A stretch of 64,000 bases of DNA from the NCBI GenBank assembly GCA_035995205.1, contig DASYKS010000041.1:173671-237670 (forward strand). Direction: 5' to 3'. Positions 54,594 through 63,296 of the stretch are shown here, piece after piece. Within the stretch, counting starts at the first letter, position 1. Each line of letters starts with the position of its first letter. This stretch comes from Thermoanaerobaculia bacterium. Lineage in GTDB: Bacteria > Acidobacteriota > Thermoanaerobaculia > Multivoradales > UBA5704. The notes below the pieces were generated by a model. The model had not been told where the DNA came from. It made no database searches and worked only from the letters and a program-made list of their open reading frames with translations. Made by a program: the position numbers and the translations under genes.

Positions 54594-57236
54594 CTACTTG
54601 CTTGCCTCGACCGAGAAGTCGATCAGCTCGGCAGGGGTCAAACCGGACAGTTTCCACATGCCGCGGCCGTGGGTGGCGACGACGATCTGGCCGGTCGGAT
54701 TGTCGGTGGAGATCGCCGCCTTCATGTCCATCACGGCGACGTTGGGCAGACCCGTGCCGTACGGCGCCCAGCTGCCGCCGCTGTTGAACGAGACGTAGAC
54801 GCCGATGTCGGTCCCGGCCCAGATGCGGTTGTTGTCGGTCGGATCGACCGCCAGCGCGTTCACCGGGATGTTCGGGATGCCGGTCCCCGAGGGGAGCCAG
54901 GTGGTGCCGCCGTCGATCGACTTCCTGACGTTTTGGCCGGCGCTCGCGGAGAAGCCGGAGAGCGCCGAGTAGACGACCATCGAGTTGCTCGGGTTGATCA
55001 CCAGGTCGGAGACGTAGATGTTCGGCGAATCGACCAAAGTGAAGCTCGCGCCGGTGTCGGTCGAGCGGAAGACCCGGCCGTCGGACGAGCCGGTGTAGAG
55101 GATTGCGGCGTTGGTGCCGCCATGCGCGGGCGCCTGGGCCGCGAGCGTCTCGATGGTGCTGATCGCACCGCCGCCCGCCGTGAGATCCTGTCCGCCGCCG
55201 GTGCCGAGCGGGAAGAAGATCACGGTCGTCGGGGTCGCCGTCTGGGCGGCCGCGAAGAAGCCGGGGGACCGGTAGAGCTTGTTGGTGCCGTAGTAGAACG
55301 TGTCGGTGGCGCCGCGGTCGAGCGCCAACGGGGCGTAGAACAGGACCCGGTCGGAGAGCGGGATGCCGTTGTTGACCAGGACGCCGCACGACGCCGCGGA
55401 ACAGGCGCCGACGATCGTCGTGTAGTCGTTCGGCGTGGACGCCACGCCGAGCAGCGAGGTGGTGGCGGCCATCAGGCTGCCGCTCTGGTTGAAGTAGGTG
55501 TGGACGACGTTGAGCGGAGCGGTCTGGTCGATCAGCGCGAAACCGCCGTCGCCGTCGTCCGAATGAGCCCAGCCGAACGAGCCGCTGCCGGTGTTCGTGC
55601 CGTTGTCCTGGGTGCCGCCGTACGCGGTGCTCGCGGTGGCCGGATGCAGGTCGACGCCGGTGAACTGGACGGTGTTGATGTTGGAGTTCTTGGTCGCCCA
55701 GTTCGTGCCGCGGTCGGGCGAGCGCCAGACGCCGCCGTCGCAAGCCGCCCACAGGGTCGTGGGGGTGACCGGGTCGGTGATCAAGTAGTGGGTGTCGGAG
55801 TGGACGGCGGTCGTGGCGTCCGCGCTGATCATGATGTCGGCGAACGTGGTGCCGCCGTCGGTCGAGCGGCGGACGTTCGCGCGGGTGGCGCCCGCCGAGG
55901 CGACCGCTCCGGCGCCGCCGTGGTAGACGATCATCGGGTTGTCCGGCTGAGCCCAGACCGGCTGGTCATAGAAGCACTGGCCGCCGCAGTAGCCGTTCGC
56001 CGCCGCGAGCTGAACCCAGGTGGCGCCGCCGTCGACCGACTTGTAGATGCGCCCCGGGTTCTGGCCGGCGTTGGTGAAGCTGTTGCCCACGTAATAGGTC
56101 GCCAGGGGGTCGGCCGGTGCTTTGGCGACCGCGATCGTCGCGCGCGCCCAGGCGGCGGCCGCCGCCGGCAAACCGCTCGCGCCGCCCGCGACCTGCGTCC
56201 AGGTGACGCCGTTGTCGATCGACTTGACGACACCGCCGTTCAGAGTTCCGGCGCCGAGGGCCGACTGCCAGCCGGCCGCGAACCAGGTGGTCGCGGTGAC
56301 CGGGTCTTGCACGAGGTTGTTGTAGCGGTTGTTGTCGGTTCCGGCGCCGCAGGTGGTGCAGGTCCAGGTGAGCCCGGCGTCGGCCGAGCGGTAGATGCCG
56401 CGCGGAGCCAAGACCGCCGGCTGGGTGGCGCCGACGCCGAAGATGCCGGACGCGGTGGCCACGAGCAGGATGCTCGGGTTGTTGCGGTCGATCACGATCG
56501 AGCCGATCGTCCGGCCGGTGAACTCGACGCTGCCGAACGGGCCGCTCCAGGTGGCGCCGGAATTCGTCGACTTGTAGACGCCGACGCCCGCGTAACTGTC
56601 GCCCGAGCCGTTCGCTTCGCCGGTGCCGAGATAGATCGTCGCGGTCGTCGCGGTGTGCGCGGTGGAATCGATCGCAATCGAGCCGACCGCGAGCGAGCCC
56701 AGGAAGTCGGTGATCGGGCTCCAGGTCGTGCCGTCGTCGGTGCTCTTCCAGATTCCGCCCTGGGCGGTGCCGAGGTAGACCGGGTACGGCGCGGCGACGC
56801 CGGCGTCGATGCCGATCACGTTCGCTCGACCGCTGCAGTCGCTCCGGTTGTTGCCGTTCTGCGGCGTCTGGCCCTGCTGAATCGGCTGCGGGCCGAGGGG
56901 AGTCCACACCGTGCCGGTCCGGAGCGTCGCCGGGGGCTGGGTCGATTTCATTTGGATCGCTTCCGCGCGGGCGGCCGCGGCATTGAATTCGCCTCCGCCG
57001 ATATTCTGCCGACGAAGAGCGTAATAGGCATCGCGTAGCGAGACGTTCGCCTCTTCCTTGACGGTCTCGAATGCCTGCTCCGGCAGGCGAGGGGTGGTGG
57101 CGGGGGCTTTGGCCCCCTGGGCGATCAGCGCGCCGGAGGCGCCGATCGCGGTCGCCAGGATCATGGCGACGACAGATTTCGAGCGGGGTGCTGTTTTATT
57201 CAAAGAATCCTCCTTTTCCTGCCGGGGGGTCGGCAA
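54594..57236 (-). CDS. Secreted BNR/Asp-box repeat protein (GH74/sortilin-like β-propeller)
   Basis: At least 10 Asp-box motifs (S-x-D-x-G-x-T-W), for example …KSTDDGTTWSP…, …KSVDGGATWVQ… and …KSIDGGTTWLP…. The C-terminus ends …LTPAELIDFSVEASK. The start may be the internal Met MILATAIG…. Confidence 0.7.
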   Translation of the reverse strand: MPTPRQEKEDSLNKTAPRSKSVVAMILATAIGASGALIAQGAKAPATTPRLPEQAFETVKEEANVSLRDAYYALRRQNIGGGEFNAAAARAEAIQMKSTQPPATLRTGTVWTPLGPQPIQQGQTPQNGNNRSDCSGRANVIGIDAGVAAPYPVYLGTAQGGIWKSTDDGTTWSPITDFLGSLAVGSIAIDSTAHTATTATIYLGTGEANGSGDSYAGVGVYKSTNSGATWSGPFGSVEFTGRTIGSIVIDRNNPSILLVATASGIFGVGATQPAVLAPRGIYRSADAGLTWTCTTCGAGTDNNRYNNLVQDPVTATTWFAAGWQSALGAGTLNGGVVKSIDNGVTWTQVAGGASGLPAAAAAWARATIAVAKAPADPLATYYVGNSFTNAGQNPGRIYKSVDGGATWVQLAAANGYCGGQCFYDQPVWAQPDNPMIVYHGGAGAVASAGATRANVRRSTDGGTTFADIMISADATTAVHSDTHYLITDPVTPTTLWAACDGGVWRSPDRGTNWATKNSNINTVQFTGVDLHPATASTAYGGTQDNGTNTGSGSFGWAHSDDGDGGFALIDQTAPLNVVHTYFNQSGSLMAATTSLLGVASTPNDYTTIVGACSAASCGVLVNNGIPLSDRVLFYAPLALDRGATDTFYYGTNKLYRSPGFFAAAQTATPTTVIFFPLGTGGGQDLTAGGGAISTIETLAAQAPAHGGTNAAILYTGSSDGRVFRSTDTGASFTLVDSPNIYVSDLVINPSNSMVVYSALSGFSASAGQNVRKSIDGGTTWLPSGTGIPNIPVNALAVDPTDNNRIWAGTDIGVYVSFNSGGSWAPYGTGLPNVAVMDMKAAISTDNPTGQIVVATHGRGMWKLSGLTPAELIDFSVEASK

Positions 57237-57413
57237 AGGACAAGTAGGAACACGCTAGACCCTGTGCCGAGCCGGGTCAAGAGGGCAGCCGCCCTCGCAA
57301 CATTCTTGCGAGAGGCCTTTTGAGATCTTTCAGGAGACCCAAACCGGACCGAGGGGGTGGAACGGTGGCGGGGACGGCGTGGCGGCGTTCATGGGTGGGG
57401 ACGGAGGAGCCCC

Positions 57414-57443
57414 GGAAAAAGAAAAAGGCCGGTTTCCCGGCCT
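57414..57443 (-). terminator. Rho-independent terminator of the 57471..58169 gene
   Basis: On the minus strand, ggccgg-gaaa-ccggcc is followed by uuuuucuuuuu. Confidence 0.45.
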
Positions 57444-57470
57444 CTCTTCCCTCGCGCTGGCGAGCTTCGA

Positions 57471-58169
57471 TCAGTTGACTTCGAACGACATCAGCTCGAC
57501 CGGGGTCGTGTCGGTGACGACCACGTCGTCGATGCTGATGATGTTGGAGTTGTTGCCGAGCGGGCCGGCGTCGTTCACGAAGTAGCGGAACGCGAACCGG
57601 CCGGCGTTGGGTCCCGCCGGCAGACCGGAGAGCGTGACCGAGAACTGGGTGAAGACGGTCGGGTAGGCCCCGGCGCCGCTGGTGACGAGGCTCGGATTGA
57701 CCGTGGTGAGCAGAGTGGTGAAGCTGCCCACGTCGGCCGACGTGGCGCCGCTGCTGCCCGCCGCGCCGCAGGAATCCGGCGTCGTGTCGATGCACTGCCG
57801 CACTTCCAGGCGATCCGGGAACTGGGTGGGCGCGTTGGCCGTACGGGTCCAGAAGCTGATCTGGTTGCCGTTCTGGAGCGCGGTGAGCTGCTTGGTGATC
57901 AGCCAGCCGCTGATCGTGTCGGCATTGGCCGTGCAGTTGAAGTTCGCGCCGGTGTGGTTTACGCCCCCGTGGGGCGCCCACGGAGTCGCCGTGAACAGGT
58001 TCCAACAGGTGGTGTTCGTGCCGATCGACTGACTCTGGTTGCGCACCAGCCATCCGGTCGGAGGGAACGCACCCTCGAAACCTTCGTTCATCTGTTGCGC
58101 TGCAGCAACGCCGAGAGAGGCCACGGCGGAGAGCAGGACGATCGAGGCGAGACGGATTTTCCGGTTCAT
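57471..58169 (-). CDS. Secreted protein with a choice-of-anchor-like β-sandwich domain, ending in the recurrent C-terminal motif
   Basis: A GGAGG Shine-Dalgarno sequence precedes the start. Signal peptide MNRKIRLASIVLLSAVASLGVAAAQQ. …FRYFVNDAGPLGNNSNIISIDDVVVTDTTPVELMSFEVN at the C-terminus. Confidence 0.55.
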   Translation of the reverse strand: MNRKIRLASIVLLSAVASLGVAAAQQMNEGFEGAFPPTGWLVRNQSQSIGTNTTCWNLFTATPWAPHGGVNHTGANFNCTANADTISGWLITKQLTALQNGNQISFWTRTANAPTQFPDRLEVRQCIDTTPDSCGAAGSSGATSADVGSFTTLLTTVNPSLVTSGAGAYPTVFTQFSVTLSGLPAGPNAGRFAFRYFVNDAGPLGNNSNIISIDDVVVTDTTPVELMSFEVN

Positions 58170-58287
58170 AGGTGAAACCTCCAAGGAATTTTGCCGGACC
58201 TTACAGGAACTCGAGTCGAGATGGAAGAGTGAATTTTCGGCATCTATTCCGTCGCATTTTAGCGCGGAGATTGCAGCATCCGCGGCC

Positions 58288-59883
58288 TCATCCGCGCTCC
58301 CGCGCGAGCCGCTGCATGTCCTCCAGCTCGTGGTGGAATTCGTCGACGATGCGTTCCGGATCGGGCACCAGAACGGCATCGGTGCCGATCCCGAGGCGCA
58401 CGTGGCCGTTGTAGCTGAAGATGCTGATCCCCAATCCCACGCGACCGGATTGCGGCACCCAGAAGAAGATGTCGCGGATCGGCACGTCGGCCAAAAACAG
58501 CTCCTCGCGCGGGCCGGGGACGTTGGTCATCACCGCGGTGGTCTTGGTGGCGAAGATCGCGACCACCAGCCGCTGGATGAAATGCGGCAGCTTGCCCAGC
58601 AGGCGCAGGATGCCGTAGACCACCACCGGTTCGGTCGACAGGCGGAGCTTCTTCGACAGCCGGCGCAACTCGGCAAGGCGCTCGATCGGATCGGCGATGC
58701 CGACGGGGATCGACAGGAACACCAGGCCGAAGCGGTTGCCCAGCGCGGCCATCTCTTCCAGACCGCGCAGGTTGACCGGCATCGCGGCGCGGAACGACAC
58801 CCGGTCGACCCGCTCGCCGCGCGCGAGCAGATAGCGCCGCAGGCCGCCCGCCATCGCGGTGAGCAGCACGTCGTTGATCGTGCCGCCGAGCGCCTGGCCC
58901 AGCGCCTTGACGTCGGCGACGCGAAGCGGCTGGGACCAGGCGGCCTTCTTCGCCACCCCGAGCGGCCCTTTGAACGCCGTCTTCGGGTCCGGCCACCGGG
59001 CGACCAGCCGGACGAACGACGCGGCCGAGGAGAGCGCGGTCAGGAAGCGATGAGCGCGGAACGCCTCGTTGGGGGCGAGCAGCAGCTTCATTCCCTCCGG
59101 CATCAGCTGCTCGGCCTCGGTGCGAATGCCCGCGATGTCCGGCCGCTCCTGCTGGAAGATGCGGGTGAACGGGTTGCCCTGCGGAAGATCCACTACCTGC
59201 TCGAGCGCGGCGGGATCGACGTACGGCACCGCCGTCCGCGCGTCCGGATGCCGGTCGGTGAGCGACAGAAGCACCAGCATCAGGGCCATGCCGTCGCCCA
59301 CGGCATGATGGATGCGCCCCATCAGGACCGAGCCGCCGAGATAGTTGTGGATCAGCCGGAACTCCCAGAGCGGCCGGGACGGGTCGAGCGGCTCGCCGAG
59401 CAGAGGATTGACCACCTCGGTCAGTTCGGAATCGCCGCCCGGATCGGGCAGCGTCACCGCGAACACATGGCGGTCGAGCTCGAAATCCGGCGCGATCTCC
59501 CAGCGCGAATCCCCGCCGAATTTCACCACCCGCTGGCGAAAGCGCTCGATCGGCAAAAGCCGTTCGACGATCACCTGGCGCAGCCGTTCGATCGCGAGCG
59601 GCGCCGCCAGCGTGAGCACTCCGTTGATCAACATCAGGTTCGTCGGCTCGTCCATCCGCAGCCAGGCGAAATCGATGCTCGACAGCGGCTGGCGCCCCAC
59701 GGCGCGACGACGGTCCGGACTGGTGGCCACGCGATGATCCTCCGAAGGTCTCAGTGTATCGCGGCGGGAGACGCCCCGACGGTAGTAGACCCGGTCTACC
59801 GTGGTTAGGTACTGGGGCGTCTGTACATCAGGCCCCGAAAGACAGGCGGGAGCGGGAACCGATGCGCGCTGGCGCGGGTCCAA
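58288..59883 (-). CDS. Wax ester synthase / diacylglycerol acyltransferase (WS/DGAT) family
   Basis: …GRIHHAVGDGMALM… (HHxxxDG active site) plus …NDVLL…GALRRYL…. The true start is probably downstream, near the GTG at about 59745, since the first about 45 codons of the ORF-track frame look non-native. Confidence 0.75.
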   Translation of the reverse strand: MDPRQRASVPAPACLSGPDVQTPQYLTTVDRVYYRRGVSRRDTLRPSEDHRVATSPDRRRAVGRQPLSSIDFAWLRMDEPTNLMLINGVLTLAAPLAIERLRQVIVERLLPIERFRQRVVKFGGDSRWEIAPDFELDRHVFAVTLPDPGGDSELTEVVNPLLGEPLDPSRPLWEFRLIHNYLGGSVLMGRIHHAVGDGMALMLVLLSLTDRHPDARTAVPYVDPAALEQVVDLPQGNPFTRIFQQERPDIAGIRTEAEQLMPEGMKLLLAPNEAFRAHRFLTALSSAASFVRLVARWPDPKTAFKGPLGVAKKAAWSQPLRVADVKALGQALGGTINDVLLTAMAGGLRRYLLARGERVDRVSFRAAMPVNLRGLEEMAALGNRFGLVFLSIPVGIADPIERLAELRRLSKKLRLSTEPVVVYGILRLLGKLPHFIQRLVVAIFATKTTAVMTNVPGPREELFLADVPIRDIFFWVPQSGRVGLGISIFSYNGHVRLGIGTDAVLVPDPERIVDEFHHELEDMQRLARERG

Positions 59884-59904
59884 TCGGTCCAGGAGGTTGC
59901 GCTC

Positions 59905-60342
59905 ATGGACTCAGGAAACGGCCCGCGCGGCATGCGCAGCGAGATCAACATCACGCCTCTGGTCGACGTCGTCTTGGTGCTCCTGATCATCTTCATGTGT
60001 CTCACGCCCGTGATCCAACTGGGGCATCCGGTCCAGGTGCCGCCGGCGCAGAAAGGACCCGCCGCGCCGCCCGAGCCGCAGCTGATCCTCCGTCTCGACC
60101 GGTCCGGGAAAATCCATCTCAACTCGCTCGAAATTCCGCGGATGCAGCTCGCGGCCAAGCTCGGCGAGGTCTTGGCCACCCGCTCGACACAGGTCGTCTT
60201 CCTCGCCGCCGACGGCGAGCTCCCTTACGGCCAGGTGGCGGATTTCCTCGATCTCTGCCGCGCGAGCGGCGCCACCAACATCGGCATCGTGTTCGAGGAT
60301 CTGAATGGGCCGGAGGCACCCGCCGACCAGCCCGCCGGCTGA
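59905..60342 (+). CDS. exbD: ExbD/TolR family biopolymer transport protein (orphan; no exbB or tonB adjacent)
   Basis: …EINITPLVDVVLVLLIIFM… TM helix plus a periplasmic domain (…VFLAADGELPYGQVADFLD…). Confidence 0.8.
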   Translation: MDSGNGPRGMRSEINITPLVDVVLVLLIIFMCLTPVIQLGHPVQVPPAQKGPAAPPEPQLILRLDRSGKIHLNSLEIPRMQLAAKLGEVLATRSTQVVFLAADGELPYGQVADFLDLCRASGATNIGIVFEDLNGPEAPADQPAG

Positions 60343-60365
60343 CGAGGCTGGTAAGCTCGGCAGCC

Positions 60366-61079
60366 ATGCCGAGCGTGAGCGCCTCCCTCCCTGCCGTCGT
60401 TTCCGGCGCCGGTTCCGGCATCGGCCGCGAGATCGCGATCGAGCTGGGCCGGCGCCGTCATCCCCTCGCCCTGCTCGGCCGGCGGCTGCCGCCGCTCGAA
60501 GAAACGCTCGCGCTCGCCGGGGGAGTCGGTCTCGCGCTTTCCTGCGACGTGGCGGACCCCTCCGCGGTCGCCGCCGCGGCGGCGGAGATCGAGGCGCGGT
60601 GGGGAGGCGCGGAGATCCTGGTGCCGGCGGCGGGAGTGGCCACGATCGGCCCGATCGAAACGCTCGACCCCCAGGCGATCGCCGCGATGCTCGGCATCAA
60701 CCTCGGCGGCACGTTTCACCTGCTCCAAGCGTTTCTGCCCGGTATGAAGGAACGGCGGCGCGGCTGGATCTTCCCTCTGCTTTCGGCCGCGTCGCGGCGC
60801 GGATTTCCCGGTTGGACGGGCTACTGCGCGACCAAGTGGGGGCTCGACGGAATGATCGCCGCCCTGCGCGAAGAGCTCAAAGGCAGCGGTATCCGCATTT
60901 CGGCGCTCTTCCCGGGCGCCACCGACACGCCGATCTGGGACGGCATGCCGGGCGATTGGAATCGCGCGGGCATGGTGCCGCCGAGCGAAATCGCCCGCGC
61001 GGTCGCCTGGGCGCTCGACGCGCCGGAATCGACCCTGATGGAGGAGATCCACATCGGCCCCGCCGGAGGCGCGCTGTGA
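60366..61079 (+). CDS. Short-chain dehydrogenase/reductase (SDR)
   Basis: …VVSGAGSGIGREIA… (TGxxxGxG) and …GYCATKWGL… (YxxxK). Confidence 0.8.
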   Translation: MPSVSASLPAVVSGAGSGIGREIAIELGRRRHPLALLGRRLPPLEETLALAGGVGLALSCDVADPSAVAAAAAEIEARWGGAEILVPAAGVATIGPIETLDPQAIAAMLGINLGGTFHLLQAFLPGMKERRRGWIFPLLSAASRRGFPGWTGYCATKWGLDGMIAALREELKGSGIRISALFPGATDTPIWDGMPGDWNRAGMVPPSEIARAVAWALDAPESTLMEEIHIGPAGGAL

Positions 61080-61792
61080 GCCCCGCACGAATCGCCCTTC
61101 TCGCGACACCGCTCGTCGTGCTGCTCGCCTACCTCCCCGGCGGCCAATGGCTGCTGCCGGTCCTCGCGCCGCTCACGCTCTACCCGACATTTCAAGCCCG
61201 AGTGAAGGCGGCCGACGTGCGCGGCGCCTGGTTCGCCGGGGTGACTTGGGCAATCCTGCTCTCGCTCGGCGTGATCGTCCTCACCCAACTCGCGCCCGAG
61301 GCGGCGGCGCGCGGCATTTTGAACGGCGAGCCCTACCGGAAAGAGATGTTCGGCTGGATCACGACCGGCATCGCCCCGGAAAACTCGCCGCGCCAATTCG
61401 TGCCGATCCACCTGCTCCACCTGAGCCTGTTCGCCCTGCTCACCTACGTCTCCGCCGGCTACCTCGGCCTGGTCCTCGGCGCCGCGCTCACCGGCTACAT
61501 GAGCTACTTCGTCGGTTCCTACGCCGCGGCCTCGCACCACCCTCTGCTCGGCTCGCTCGTCGCCTGGGTCCCCTGGTCGGTTCTCCGCGTCGCCGCCTTC
61601 GTCCTCCTCGGCGCCCTGCTCGCCCGGCCGCTCCTGCTCCGTCGTCTCTGGCCCTTCGAACGGCAAGAAGCCCGCCTCTTCGCCCTGGTAGGAACCGGCA
61701 TCGTCGCCGACCTCCTGATCAAGACCCTCGCCGCCCCCGCCTACGGCCGCGCGTTACGGGCGCTCGCGGGGGGACTGTTGGGGTTGACCTAA
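61076..61792 (+). CDS. Hypothetical membrane protein
   Basis: The GTG start overlaps the SDR stop (GTGA). It has five or six TM helices and no recognisable family. Confidence 0.45.
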   Translation: MSPARIALLATPLVVLLAYLPGGQWLLPVLAPLTLYPTFQARVKAADVRGAWFAGVTWAILLSLGVIVLTQLAPEAAARGILNGEPYRKEMFGWITTGIAPENSPRQFVPIHLLHLSLFALLTYVSAGYLGLVLGAALTGYMSYFVGSYAAASHHPLLGSLVAWVPWSVLRVAAFVLLGALLARPLLLRRLWPFERQEARLFALVGTGIVADLLIKTLAAPAYGRALRALAGGLLGLT

Positions 61793-62316
61793 GCCTTCCG
61801 AGCCCTGGCCAGCCGGAAATGGAGGATCTCCCCGACCATCTGGATGACCGTTTGCCCGCCCGCTTCGAGGATCAGGGCGAGCGCCTGGGGATGCCGGGCG
61901 AGCCAGGCGGCGAGGTTCAGGGCGGCGAGCATCGAGTCCTCGCGGTGGGAGAGCGCGCCGACGACGGCCGGAGGCCGCAGCGGATCGAGGAGGGCGCGCA
62001 GAAGGAAATACCCGTCGGCGGTCGGCTCGGTATCCTGGACGAACAGCGGATCGCGGCCGGCGGCCGAGCGCACGGCGGCGGCGAGCAGGGCATCTTCGAG
62101 CCGGGAGAACAGTGCCACCGGCCGATGGCCGTGGATCCGGCTCTGCCAACTCCGGTAGAGCGCAAAGCCGCCGGTCGAGTCGGTTTCGACGAACCACTCG
62201 CCGTCCATTTCAGCTTCGAGCGCGCCGGGCGGGTCGTCTCGGTCTCCAAGTCCGGCGAGGAAGTCGGGATCGAAGGCGTTGGGCGGTTGCTTCTTCGGGT
62301 CGTCGGAGTCGGCCAT
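61789..62316 (-). CDS. Hypothetical protein
   Basis: MADSDDPKKQPPNAFDPDF…. An ORF of plausible composition with no recognisable motifs. Confidence 0.35.
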   Translation of the reverse strand: MADSDDPKKQPPNAFDPDFLAGLGDRDDPPGALEAEMDGEWFVETDSTGGFALYRSWQSRIHGHRPVALFSRLEDALLAAAVRSAAGRDPLFVQDTEPTADGYFLLRALLDPLRPPAVVGALSHREDSMLAALNLAAWLARHPQALALILEAGGQTVIQMVGEILHFRLARARKA

Positions 62317-62387
62317 GGCGCACCTCACGGGGTTTCCAGCAAAAGGGCCGGGCGACAGGCCCGGCCCGGGAGTTGCGATCTACGGTT

Positions 62388-62804
62388 CTAGCGCGCTTCC
62401 GGCGCGCCGGTCTTTTCGCCGGGCTTGCCGTTCTCTTTCTGGATCTCCTGGAGCAGCTCTTCCTGGATCTCCTTCTTGGTCTTCCGCTTCCGCGGCGCGC
62501 GGGGCGACAAGCCATAGCGGACGAGGCGTTGGCTGTCGTCGCCGTACTCTGCTTCGAGCAACCGTTCGAGAGCCTTCCGCGGCCGGCTCGCCGCCTGGAC
62601 CAGGGTTTGACGCTCTTTGACCGCCGTTTGCAGGGCGGCTCGCTGAGCCTCGATCTGCTCATTCAACGCGACGAGGCGAACCTGCCGCTCCTGCAACTCG
62701 TCGTGGGGCCTCCTGGCGTGCGGCAGCACGGTGAGATCCTCCATCGAGTTCATCAGCAGGGTGTCCCATTCGCTGGCGAGATTGGCATACGTCTTTTGGC
62801 GCAT
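62388..62804 (-). CDS. Hypothetical coiled-coil protein
   Basis: Gln/Glu/Arg-rich heptad-like sequence (…LQERQVRLVALNEQIEAQRAALQTAVKERQTLVQ…). An AT-rich repeat island lies upstream. Confidence 0.4.
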   Translation of the reverse strand: MRQKTYANLASEWDTLLMNSMEDLTVLPHARRPHDELQERQVRLVALNEQIEAQRAALQTAVKERQTLVQAASRPRKALERLLEAEYGDDSQRLVRYGLSPRAPRKRKTKKEIQEELLQEIQKENGKPGEKTGAPEAR

Positions 62805-62929
62805 CGTGTTCCTCCACGGCGAAAAACGCCGTCGGCAGGAGGGCCGACGGACGGACGACTCGGTGCAGACCGACAGCAGGAGGAGAGAGAAACGGGGGAT
62901 GGGAGAACGTCCGCGGTGCGCCGGAAGCG

Positions 62930-63290
62930 CTCCGTAACGTGGGAGCTCCGTTTTTTAACCGGGAACGACGGATTTTACGGCCCAAAACGCTGTGCGAGCC
63001 GGGGAAATCATTTTTTAACTCCAGAAACCGAAAACTACGGTAAGAAATGATTTTGGAGCCTGGAGAACCGAACGTCCGGCTTAAAATTTGATTTCTCAGC
63101 TCCCAGAATCGTTTTTTAACTCCAGAAATCGAATTCCGACCTGGAAAAATGATTCCCGGAGTTAAAAAACAATTCTGGGAGTTAAAAAGGGATTCTGGAG
63201 CCTGAGAAATCGTCTTGTCGGTTAAAACGTCGTTCCGGGGCTTGAGATCGCGCGCGGGAAGCCCGGGAACGGTTCTCGGAGCTGGAAAAG
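62930..63290. promoter_or_regulatory. AT-rich intergenic island with repeated, partly inverted copies of TTTTTTAACTCCAGAAA / GGAGTTAAAAA
   Basis: There are at least 6 copies of a motif of about 17-23 bp in both orientations (about 62945, 63005, 63108, 63160, 63180). GC is far below the genome average. It lies upstream of the 62388..62804 gene and downstream of the TPR gene that extends past 64000. Confidence 0.4.
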
Positions 63291-63296
63291 GAAGCA

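Noticed and set aside
54444-57038. 864-aa plus-strand ORF antisense to the BNR-repeat protein, and the nested 55966..56907 minus ORF
   Set aside because: Extreme Arg/Gly/Asp composition with no signal or domains. The BNR frame has more than 10 Asp-box motifs.
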